Shown piece by piece: positions 1-12,700 of a stretch of 64,000 nucleotides of DNA; the first letter of the stretch is position 1; each line of letters begins with the position of its first letter. Below the pieces are notes generated by a model that saw only the letters and a program-made list of their open reading frames with translations, made no database searches and was not told the origin of the DNA. The translations under genes were made by a program, and so were the position numbers. The stretch is from Bugula neritina. Lineage: Eukaryota > Animalia > Bryozoa. The DNA lies in assembly GCA_964035545.1 (NCBI GenBank), contig OZ037767.1, positions 17,481,781 through 17,545,780 on the forward strand, given 5' to 3'.

Positions 1-1121
1 TATACTGTATTAAACTGTATTATACTATATCATACTGTGATATACTTAATGCATGTGATATACTATATAATATACTGCACTACACAGCAATATACTGTAG
101 TATAATGTAATATACTGTAGTATATAATGTAATATGCTGTAATATACTGTGACACACTGTAGGACACTGTACAGACTACACAATACATAACAACTCTAAA
201 CCAAGTTTCCACCCACCAGCTAACACTGCTGTGTTAGCAGGTAAACAAAGAAACACGAGCAACAAGTATTTCCTGTCATGCAGGACTTGGGCTGTGACAG
301 TGGTGATTCACCCATCTATTATAACTTTAATATGTCCATCACATGTACAGTGCATACAAGTAGAGAACACCCACAATGCCCTGGTGATGCAACACTGGGG
401 ACAGACAACTTCCAGCCTACACCCACATACTAGCTAGTAGCTGTGATGAAAGTACTGCTATTCTATCAACCATAACAATAACAGACAACAGCTTGTACAA
501 AATCTAGATTCTAGACAACAGGGAAAAGTATATTAGTATGTGTGTCATGTAATATATTATAAGTATATTATTCTATGTCCCTTTTATTTGTAATGGCTTC
601 AAAATTGGGATTTAGGGGCCTAAAATATGAAATAATGAAATATAAGCCCAAATAATACTTTATATAATATACAGTGAAAATATAACAATAGACAGAAGTT
701 TTAGTAACATAATCTCTACTATTCATAACTGTAGAGATGGGACGCTAAATAAAGAGAGGGCAACTTTGATTGACAAGCATAGTTACTGGTAGGCCAATAC
801 TTATATTGTTTAGCACAGAAGAAGTGAGTAGAACAGACAACTCCCAAACTATCTAAATCACTAATTTATTAAACATGTGACATTCTTTATACTAGAGCAC
901 AAGGAGGTGGGTGTGTTTTGTCACGGAGATATTTTGTGTTTTATAAGCTAAGGCTGTAGACAAAATTCGATAAAGCTTCCAATTTGGTGCTATGTTTTAT
1001 GGCTATATCAAACTGAAGGCACATTAATACCATTTAAAGAACATTCCAGAAGGTAACACTGAGTGTGCATTGTTGATGCAGGGAGAGCTGGCGGCATAAT
1101 TAGAGAAACTGCTTCAGTTAG

Positions 1122-1770
1122 CAAGATTAACTTACTTTAATATGTAGATACACACCTCAAGATTAACTTACTTTAATATGTAAATACATCTCTCAAGAGT
1201 AACTTACTTTAATATGTAGATACATCTCTCAAGATTAACTTACTTTAACATGTAAATACATCTCTCAAGATTAACTTACTTTAATATGTAAATACATCTC
1301 TCAAGATTAACTTACTTTAACATGTAAATACATATCTCAAGATTAACTTACTTTAATATGTAAATACACCTCTCAAGATTAACTTACTTTAATATGTAGA
1401 TACACACCTCAAGATTAACTTACTTTAATATGTAAATACACCTCTCAAGAGTAACTTATTTTAATATGTAGATACGCCTCAAGAGTAACTTACTTTAATA
1501 TGTAAATACATCTCTCAAGAGTAACTTACTTTAATATGTAAATACATCTCTCAAGATTAACTTACTTTAACATGTAAATACATATCTCAAGATTAACTTA
1601 CTTTAATATGTAAATACATCTCTCAAGATTAACTTACTTTAATATGTAGATACATCTCTCAAGAGTGACTTACTTTAATATGTAGATACATCTCTCAAGA
1701 GTAACTTACTTTAATATGTAAATACATCTCTCAAGAGTAACTTACTTTAATATGTAGATACACCTCTCGA
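1122..1770. repeat. ~36-bp minisatellite (~18 copies) copying the PPP4R4 exon-2 end and donor site
   Basis: Unit caagattaacttactttaatatgtaaatacatctct; on the minus strand it reads ...tacatattaaa|gtaagttaatcttg. Confidence 0.95.
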
Positions 1771-3339
1771 GGTCTCCCAACTTCTCATCTACTGTCAGCT
1801 GTTCTAATTCCTCAGCAGACTACAAAAGTAGCAGACGACATGACATCATCCCCTTATCAGCATAGTACAAACACAATAACATTTACTATGTTTGAAGAGG
1901 ATGGTAACTTTACTATAAATAGTATATAAATATGTGGGCGTCAAATGCAGAGAAAATTTAATAAATAGCAAGGACAATACAAAACTGAAGGGTCAAATTT
2001 AAGCTAAATTCTAGATTCTATTAGGTAGTAGAAAATTATTTATAGTAACTCTCTAGTTTGGAAGAAAATTAAAAACAAACATACTACAACATTGTTGCTT
2101 ACTTTATTCTAAATACAGTTTTTATAACAAAGTGACGTCAGATTAAGGCGAATCCATATTTCTTATGCATATTGTGTTTATAGCAGTGCTTAGAAAAAGT
2201 AAATTAGTTTGTTGAGAAAAGCTATGCTCAGTAATCTAGGGAATGACTGGCTAGCATTGAACTTTATACAGAGCAACAATTGCTTTTAGCTTGGTGCTAA
2301 CTATTCAGCAACTTTGCTTACATTTTATGTAGAAGAGAGAAAAATACATTGATTGCATGAGCTTCATATTAATATTTCTAATTACTATCTTGAAAGCATC
2401 CGAGTTAAAACAATGATATTTTATAAAAATATACTTGCAACAAAAAGAATATGCAGGTATGTGTTTTATGCTTTTTATACTCTAAAATTTGGCTATTTAT
2501 AAGATTACTAAGTTTTAGAATTAAACTTCTTTAAAAAAAAATAAAAAAGTGATCATGAAACAGATTCTAAACTCATTCAGTAATATCTATACATTTTTTT
2601 GTTTAATAGCATCGCGGCCTACATAAAATATAGAATTGTTATAGTTATAATGCTAGTACAAAGAGAAAATATTTTAAAGATATATTAACATTTGCATTCG
2701 TAATGATTATCATAACAATATAACAAAAAACCTACAAATGCATTACTACTTATTGTTAACAATTATCATGAATTTAAAACTTAGGTACTGAATTCAACTT
2801 TTGCAATTGAACAATTACAATATGAATATGAATTTTATCACGGTGGTAAAAATGAGTGTTGCGTTGTATTTGTTTCTAAATCACGTTTACGTTGACTAGA
2901 ATTAAAATTATCATCAAAAAATAATAATAATATCGAGGTTGCAAAACATACCATTAATTTTTAATTTATTATTTAATAACTTGAACTCCTAGAGCTAACA
3001 AAATGACTTTAATTTTAAATAAACAAAAATTTATTTCTACTTCATGCCTGAAGAACAAACTTTGAATTCGAGAAGTTGAAATAAAAAATTAAAACTTGAT
3101 AGTAAAAAAAATTCATGACGATTGTAAATGTAACACTATTAGTATTAGTGTTAGTATTACTATTAGTATTTAACTATTACTATTACTATAGTATTTGACT
3201 ATTATTATTAGTATTAGTATTAGTATTACTATTACTATTAGTATTTCACTATTTGACTATTCTGAAAATCTACCTTTTGAGTAATTGGTGGTCTTTCAAG
3301 ACGAAGTTCTTGAATGTCATCAGAAAGAGTAAGATCCAT
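1746..3339 (-). CDS. PPP4R4: Serine/threonine-protein phosphatase 4 regulatory subunit 4, first two coding exons (gene continues off the left edge)
   Basis: Minus-strand exons 3339-3274 (MDLTLSDDIQELRLERPPITQK, donor AAG|gtag) and 1819-1746 (acceptor ttttgtag; SAEELEQLTVDEKLGDLERCIYIL; donor AA|gtaagt) splice in frame. The peptide resembles the PPP4R4 N-terminus as I recall it (LQEL..ERP...KTPEEIERLTVDEDLSDIERAVYLL). Not in the ORF track. Confidence 0.85.
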
Positions 3340-3783
3340 AGTTTGAAAACCAAAGCAAATGTGCTTCAAAATCTAACAACATGCAACTTACATGCTGCAG
3401 CATACAGGCGACAAAAGATCAATATTATAACTTACAAGTGATACACTGGGATTTTTAGCTTGTTATCGCCATAACTGCACTATACGTCATATCCGGAATG
3501 TAAGTTTGGTCTTCTAAACAAATAAATGTAGTTACTAAAAATAATATATATTATGATGTCCATCAATTGTTATTATTTAAAAAAATCAATATTCACATAA
3601 ATGCATATTATTGAAAAAATTTAGCTATGGTTTTCATTACATAAATTTTATGTCAAGGTCAACCTCATCGCGTTGCGTTGCTACGGTCCCGGTCTTCTGA
3701 GCCAATTTTCACTCATGCTGCTTTAATTTCAGTAATTTTAGCATCATTATGACCATTTTGAGCCTCTTTGACTAGCAGATGAA
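3340..3783. promoter_or_regulatory. Probable bidirectional promoter region between PPP4R4 (-) and RPTP-like gene A (+)
   Basis: Divergent start codons at 3339 and 3784 are separated by only 444 bp; the promoter is inferred from the layout. Confidence 0.55.
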
Positions 3784-6700
3784 ATGAAAGTTCTGTTTGC
3801 TGTTTTGTGTTTTTTGTTTTGCTTTAGTAAGTTCTTGGCCCAAGATACCCAAGGTAAGATACATCTCTGTTGGAAAATGCATAATCATCAATTTCGGTGT
3901 TGTATTCAATTTTATTTAAAATTAAATTATTATAGTTTAAATTAATATAAATGATTAATATTATTTTACCAAATAGTTATAAATAATAATTTAATTATAA
4001 ATGTGGTAATTATTATTTCAATTTATTATTTTATGTTTTTATTTACTTATTATTTAGTAGAAAGTAATAATAATATTAAATTTAATAACATGAATTTTTT
4101 TTCTGAATTTAATTATGTTACATTAGAGTTACCTTCCACTAGTATTAATATTAGTATTACTATTATTAAATTATTAATATTACTATAAAATAACTAACAC
4201 TAACAGTAATGCTTTTATTAATAGTCATAGTATTACTAATAATTATAATAATAATACAAATGTTGTAAAATTATTATATTTAATTTATAATTATTGTATA
4301 TTGTACTTGTAGTTGTTGTAATTTAAATTAATGCTAATTTTAATACTATGATAGTTATTCATTTGTTATAATTAAATACTAAACTAGCGACAGGTTTTTC
4401 CCTGGAAGCAGTAGTCATAGATATTGGGGAATACTCATAATAAAGTCAGCTTAGCTATTTCACTGTGCTGAAATCCTATACATTGCAGTTAGAAGCTTAC
4501 AATTTAGCTTAACTGCATGCTAAAAGTAGAATAAATTAAGATTTATTCTAGCATAGTCATATAAAAAATTCAAACAAATGGGGTATTCATGAATTTTGTG
4601 ACACTAAATTTGCTTATGTTACCAGATTGTTTCTAATTTTAGGAGGTGAGTAACAGTTGAACAAATATTTAAAAATAATTATGGATTAAAACATAGTTGA
4701 GATTAAATTTGTCATAAAATTCAACATGTAAAACTGTGCAATTTTCATTTATTAGTAAATTATAAATTGTGTGAGTACAACTTTCTTTTTTCAAATGGAT
4801 TAAAATGATTTAAATATTGATTTACTAATGATATTATATATAAAAATATTATTGAAATATTTTAGTTATTTAAATAAAAATATTGTCATTTTCAAGTTCT
4901 TACTTGATTCTATTTGATTTTGAATTTGGAGCTCTATCCTGATTTACATTTATTTTAGTTTATAATTAATAACTCTCCGTTTATAATTCATTGACTAATT
5001 TTATGTGAATATTCTGGTCATGATCAACTAATGAAAAAATTGATACCAATTCAGACAAATAATTTCAAGCCAAGTTCATGTCAAGTTAGTTAATAATCTG
5101 AGTTGAATTGGTCGATTTGAATTGACTTACAAACATTGAAGGAAGTCAACTTATCAACTGCATACATTGTAGATAACTGCCATTGTCATAGCAAGCCATG
5201 TGGACTTGATAACAATCAGTGGGTGTGTGAAAGCTGGACATGTGCCAGTGGATGGAAGAACCAGCCATTCTGCAATGAAAGTATGTCCCGCAGATCTATG
5301 TCTTGACATAAGGACTATTTTATTATCTGTGTTTGAACTGTGTTCTTACTACAGTTAAATTTTCAAGTTCAAAGTCTCTTTATTTGCAATAAATTTTATG
5401 AATTTTTTTAGAATTGTGTTTAGGAATCATGATAAAATGTAAATCTGTAGGCATCAACAAGTATAAACTAATTGGTGGTGAAATTATACTTTATTATAAT
5501 GTAAACATTTAATCTCGTACTATTTCTTATATCCAGGTTGTAAGTAAGCAACTTAGTCTTCTATCTATTAGTTGTTCTACTAGTTGCTGCTTGTACTTTA
5601 TCATCTCTGCTCACTTCATCTCCACTGCAAAGAGTGTTTGCTATATCTTTTTGCAGCTCTTTATTTGTTATAATTATCATGCTAAACTATGATTAGAAGC
5701 TGCTAGTATTTTGCAGTGTAAATACTTGGAGTATCTAAGCTGTTTACTTGTTTTAAGTCAGCACTTACTCCACATCCAAGTTGTTGATTGTATGCTAAAT
5801 GACCCAGTATTCTGTATCTATGTAATGTACACTCAGAGTCTTAGCATGGGAGTTGTTAGTTAGCTTATTTGATCAAGTTGTAAGCCAAGTGACTTCTGAA
5901 CTGAAAGCTGCTGACGCTAGACATACTTTTAGAAGTTGGATTTGTACTCTCATTTTACTGAGGTGTAAATTACTACGCACTGTTGGTTTATGGTAACTTT
6001 TATTGTATATGCTGATTTTAGTGTGTGAAGAGAATACGTTTGGTTTCAACTGTGAAAGTACCTGTCACTGTCCGCCAAATGACACGTGTGATTCTCAGAC
6101 AGGATTCTGTAAGTCTACTGACTGTGCACATGGCTACCACGGAGCTGGCTGTCAGATATGTAAGTGTCACTTTGTCAGATGTGTCACAGTGTCAGATGTG
6201 TGTCACCGTGTCAGATGTGTCACCTTGTCAGATGTGTGTCACCGTGTCAGATGTGTGTCACCTTGTCAGATGTGTGTCACCGTGTCAGATGTGTGTCACC
6301 GTGTCAGATGTGTCACCTTGTCAAATGTGTCACCTTGTCAGATGTGTGTCACCTTTTCAGATGTGTGTCACCTTGTCAGATGTGTCACCTTGTCAGATGT
6401 GTCACCTTGTCAGATGTGTGTCACCGTGTCAGATGTGTCACCTTGTCAAATGTGTCACCTTGTCAAATGTGTGTCACCTTGTCAGATGTGTGTCACCGTG
6501 TCAGAGATGTGTCACCTTGTCAGATGTGTGTCACCTTGTCGGAGGTGTCACCTTGTCAGATAAGTGCCACCCGCGATGTCTCTATAATATAGCTACTGTT
6601 TCAGTACTCCCCAGACTAATAAAGCCACCAACAATTGAGGTGTTCAGCTGCTCAGCCGTAGAAGTGTCCTGGGATCGGTGGAATGCTGACGTTGATGACG

Positions 6701-9700
6701 GGGATCCGGGCATCCACTCATACACGTGAGTTATACCTGCCTGGTAGCACTAAATGTACATGTGGTACTGTCTGGTAACACTGAATATACATGTGGTACT
6801 GTCTAGTAACACTGACTATACATGTGGTACTGTCTGGTAACACTGAATATACATGCGGTACTGTCTGGTAACATTGTAGTGTTCAGTACTGTCCAGTGGT
6901 AAATGAAGAAACAGATGTTTGTATTTCTGGAGACCTCATAGACTCGATCCCAGACATTCCCGAGCCGCCAGTGGAGGATTTAACCACCAGCTTCTCCCGT
7001 AACGTTACTGGACTGCAGAGCAACACTACGTACCTGCTAACTGTACGCACCAATCGGTGAGGGGCTGTTCCACCTTCTCTCCACCCCCATCTCTCATCTC
7101 TATATCCACTCCACCTTTTCTCTACCCATCTGTCTCTCTGTTCCAACTGGCTGTCAACTAATATCTTCATGAATTATTTTATTTACTTTTCAGAATGGAG
7201 TTTGGTAAAAAGGTTGAAGGTCGTGTGGGTAATGCAGTGTATTTCCAGAGTTGCCTTCCCACAACCACCTCTACCGTGTCTTCTACTACCACATCAACAA
7301 ATACCACTACAGTGACAACCACTACAGAAACAACACCAACTACAACTACCACAATACCTACTACTACCACTACAGTACCAACGACTACCACTACAGTGCC
7401 TACTACTACCACCACAGTACCAACAACTACTACCACTACAACACCCACAACCACTACGGTCCCAGGTGAGCCCAGTAATTTCATCAGCCATTTTGTTTGG
7501 ATGTTTGGACAAGCTTGTATAATAACAGAAAACTTTGCCATATTTTAGTACCTCTACCACTAAACAATGTGCTTCAAGTACCGGGCTCCACTTTTGCTGT
7601 GTTCAGATGGGTGTTTCCGGAAGTTTCCAGTCGCCTTGTTCTCACAGAAATACACTTCAAGTAAGCAGTTTTAATACGTTGTCACTGCACTATAATATGA
7701 GTACCACGTTGTCACTTCACTAAGCTAACTCCGACATTGCGTTACTCGACAACAGCCAATCAGCAATGCTGTTACATGTTGTAGCTACACGAGAATAGAG
7801 TACAAGGCGTGTCCAGATGATGTAGCAGACGATCTAGTCACACAGATTAGACTGAGGCCCTCGGATGTCAACTATACCTTGTCTTCTCTCAGTCCTTTCA
7901 CCGAATATAAGTATAGTTTAGCAATAGAGTACACGCTGTTGCTGGATGGAGCACAGGCTAAGCTTTTCAGTGATGTCTATGAAGAGCAGTTTACAACACT
8001 TGCTGGTGGTGAGTGAATTACTAGTCGGTCAGTAGTGAGTAGTGAGTACTACTCAGTGAGTAGTACACAGTGAGTAGTACACAGTGAGTAGTACACAGTG
8101 AGTAGTACACAGTGAGTAGTACACAGTGAGTAGTACACAGTGAGTAGTACACAGTGAGTAGTACACAGTGAGTAGTACACAGTGAGTAGCACACAGAGAG
8201 TAGTATACAGTGGGTAGTACTCAGTCAGTAGTACACAGTGAGTAGTACTTAGTGAGTAGTACACAGTGAGTAGTACACAGTGAGTAGTACACAGTGAGTA
8301 GTACACAGTGAGTAGTACACAGTGGGTAGTACACGGTGAGTAGTACACGGTGAGTAGTACACAGTGAGTAGTACACAGTAAGTAGTATACACTGCCAAGG
8401 TGTGATACTAATACATAGCCCTTGTACCTGCAGCTCCCACTGTCCCTGTATCTGGACTAGAGGTAGAAGAAACTGGGACTACGTGGTTATTCTTATCATG
8501 GACAGAGTATCCCTGTGAATATTGGAACAGTCTACAGCTACTAAGGTCTGTCTCAACGTATCATATGAGAGATCAATGTGATATACTATAGAGATCAATG
8601 TGATATACTATAGAGATCTGTCTCAACGTATCATATGTACGTATAACTTACTACCTGTATAGGGGGTCTAGTTTCAGGACAGGGGTGGATGGATAGGTAA
8701 GGGGGTAGGGGGTGAAGGGTTAGTTACACAGCTGGTTGAGTGTGTCTCAGATTGATTGCTTGGAGGTGTGACTCTTGAATACCTAAAGACACATCTGTTG
8801 TGTTCTGTGATACCTATTGCTCTGTGTATTGTAGTTATGATGTAGAGATTGATGGCGGCAGTCTTCTGTCCACGTCTGCTTCTCTCACTCAAGCTAACAT
8901 TACTTCTCTGTTGCCCAACCAACTTTACAGTGTTCGAGTTCGCCCTGTCACTACTCACTCTGCGGGAGTTTTCACCAGTGTCCTTACGGCCAAGACGAAT
9001 AATGCAGGTTAGTGTCGTGCATTCTTATTGGTTTGCTGTACGTCTGCTACTCAGTAACTGTACGTCTGCTACTCAGTAACTATACGTCTGCTACTCAGTA
9101 ACTGTACATCTGCTACTCAGTAACTGTGCGTCTGCTACTCAGTAACTCTACCTCTGCTATTCAGTAACTGTACGTCTGCTACTCAGTAACTCTACGTCTG
9201 CTACTCTGTAACTCTACGTCTGCTACTCAGTAACTGTACGTCTGCTACTCAGTAACTCTACGTCTGCTGCTCAGTAACTCTACGTCTGCTACTCAGTAAC
9301 TCTACGTCTGCTACTCAGTAACTCTACATCTGCTACTCAGTAACTGTACGTCTGCTACTCAGTAACTCTATGTCTGCTACTCAGTAACTCTACGTCTACT
9401 ACTCAGTAACTCTACGTCTGATACTCAATAACTGTACGTCTGCTACTCAATAACTATACATCTGCTACTCAGTAACTCTACGTCTGCTGCTCAGTAACTG
9501 TACGTCTGCTACTCAGTAACTCTACGTCTGCTACTCAGTAACTGTACGTCTGCTACTCATCTCAACTGGTTTTATGTTTCCTTGTAGCTCCATCTGCACC
9601 CGCTGACATTCAAGTTGGCAGCATCACCACTGACTCAGTCACGTTGAGATTGCGTCAGCCAGACACCACAGTATCAGCAGAGTTCTACATCAGCTACATG

Positions 9701-12700
9701 CTGGTGCGCCGTGCTAGCTGCTCTGTGGCAGAGAATCCCTCTGCTAAGAGTTCAGAGGTCAGCAGTTCATGTTGTTACTCAGTCAATTTGTCTGAATAAT
9801 TCAACAATGGCCGCCAGGAGGTGCACGGTTTTCAAATGTTATGCATATATTACTTTCTTTGTGAGAATGGAAATATGGTAAATCTGTTGGCGATACGGTA
9901 GGCATTAAATTGTCAATATCACTTCTACTCTACACTCAGTTAACCATGTAGCCATGGTAACCAGGTCACAGTGTGTCAAGGTCACCGAATGTCAAGGTCA
10001 TCGTGTGTCAAAGTCCCAGTGTGTCAAGGTCATAGTGTTAAGGTCACACTGTGTCAAGGTCACCGTGTGTCTAGGTCACCGTGTGTCTAGGTCACTCTGT
10101 GTCATGGTCACACTGTGTCAAGGTCATAGTGTCTGTGTTCTCTTGTAGAGATTCTCCTGGAGCATGACAGAGCCACAGCTGACTAGTCTACGCCCATTCA
10201 GTGTGTACAATATCTCTGTTGTTAACATCAATGAGATTGGTGAGGAGTCATCTCCCCTGATACAAGTTGTTACTGCACCACAAGGTGAGCATTTATTCTC
10301 ATGTATTATGTAATACTGTGTTATATTTAACTCTATATTATATTATATGGATATATTAGTTTTTATGTTTTAATATAATATGTTATATTGTGATATAGTT
10401 TATATTATATGCAGTATTATATTATATTCAACGTTTATTATATACAATATTATAGTAAAAGTTATATTATAATACGCAATAGGCTACTATGTTATATTGT
10501 ATTAAACTTTATATTATAATATACTCACGCAGTATTATATACCGTATAATATACAATCTTCTAGCTTTTAGCAGGACATGATAATAGGGTATGTAAGCAT
10601 GCTGTATGTTGATTGGCTGTCTCGTTACAGCGCCCTCTAGCAGTGTAGTTGGTCTACAGTCTAGTAATGTGGGACAGACTGATGCTACATTCACCTGGGA
10701 GGGAATCCCTTGTGAGCAGATGACTGGGGAGTTTAAGAGTTATCTTCTCTACCTTGTGCCAACAAATGGTAAGTAATAGCCAGGTATAGTAGGTAGTTGC
10801 AGCTGTAAGTTACTGTGTATCTACTTTATCTAGTCTGCTAAGTTGTACTGCAAACCAGATTGTATATATAAAGTATTTAGAAGCAGTTGTAAAGAAATTG
10901 AGATAGCCTAAGTTCTTTAATTTTATTATTAAATTTTGGTTTGGGGCGCAGGTGGAACTTCTTGCTAGAATATAACTTCTTTTGCTGCATTTCTAATCAG
11001 GCTTTTCTCAATTTTTCGATTACTGAGCCTATCTCATTTAAAGTTACTTCAGCTGTTTGCATGCAGGTGGTAGCCGTCATCTTAGAAATATAACAGTAAT
11101 TTATGGAGACACTTTGGGCACTATTTCATCAACAGTTCTTTCTGCTTTCAATACACAGGCTATGACTTAGTTGAATTCATCATTATTACATAATCTAACG
11201 TAAATGTGGACTTGCTTACATGTAGATAAATAGCTTTAGTTTAGTATAATTAGATTTGTTACAATGCGCAGTGTACTTGAATAGGACTGCTAATGCATTG
11301 CTATTCACATGTACAGCCGAACAAGCTGCAATGAATCATTGCGCTGTGAGGTATTCAACTGCATGCAATACCCCCCATCCCTACTGACACATTTAGTGCA
11401 AGCCAATCGGAATGCAATACAGCCAGTCTCAGTGCAATCACTGAACTTCAATAGCCAATCGAAACAAGAGAAATAGTTTAGTTGTATTGATAGTGTGGTG
11501 TGCGTAGCTCATGCTCACTGCAGTAGCTAATACTCACTGCACGGCCAGTGCTAGCTCAGCTACTAGCTACAGCTGATCAGTCAGTGGGATAGCTATGGAG
11601 GGTGTGGGAGGAATGCACTATGGGAAGGTGAATATACTGAGTTTCTTCAACCTAGTGGAGCCAGAGAAGGCTGTTAGTGCTGCTGCTGCTAAGAGAATCC
11701 CCCTCAAAGGTATCTGTAAGATCTGTGGTAGACCCATCAAAGCCAGTCACAGAGTCAAGTCTAACTTTATTTGCCATGTCAGAAGAGCTCATCCAGGAGC
11801 GTATGCAGAGTACGAGATGCTGTTGGGACGCAGCAGGTCAGCCACTTTCTCAGTAGCGTCACTAGACGAGGGGAGTGGAATGGTAGGAACTATTGACTAC
11901 AGTGAACCTTCTGCTGCAGACGTCAGTATGCATACGGCAGCACCATCTATGGTGCCTCTCCTCCCCCTCCGTGTTCCTCAGGTGTCAGACAATAAGCAAA
12001 TACCTGGAGCTCTTTTTCCTGCCTCTGTAGCCCCCCTGCCTGCTCTCACTCAGCCCTCTCTATCCGCCACTAGTACTCTGTCACAGTCCCAAATACCCCC
12101 TACTCTATCCACCACTGTGCTCTTGCCACAACCCTCTACACCCCTTCCAGTGGCTACATCCACTCCTTCCAACACCCTTGCCGTTAAAGCAGAGACACTC
12201 TCTGGTCCTGCTGACTGTGATGGTGACTCATCTGCTGTCGCATCTGCTGGAAACTTCAACGGGCCGGTGGGAGTCTCAACCCAACTCTTCAGAACTGAAC
12301 AGAAAACGTTTGAAAAAACTCTGATTGAATTTTTAGCTGGTGAGTTTTCTGCTTACTCTATAAGTGTAATTCCTTACTTACTTAATATATATTATTATAT
12401 GCTTTATACTAGTAATATATATATTATATGCTTTGTACTAGTAATATATTTTATGTGCTTTGTACTAGTAATATATATTATATGCTTTATACTAGTAATA
12501 TATATTATTATATGCTTTGTACTAGTAATATATTTTATGTGCTTTGTACTGGTAATATATATTATGATATGCTTTATACTAGTAATATATATTATTATAT
12601 GCTTTATACTAGCAATATATATTATTATATGCTTTATACTGGTAATATATTTTATGTGCTTTGTACTAGTAATATATATGATGATATGCTTTATACTAGT

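Noticed and set aside
6003-6592. Cys-rich metallothionein/keratin-like ORFs
   Set aside because: Only 6022-6159 is exonic; the rest is an intronic minisatellite open in all three frames.
8681-8720. G-quadruplex-like G-run cluster in an intron
   Set aside because: The first loop is long (15 nt), it is absent from the paralog and nothing supports a function.
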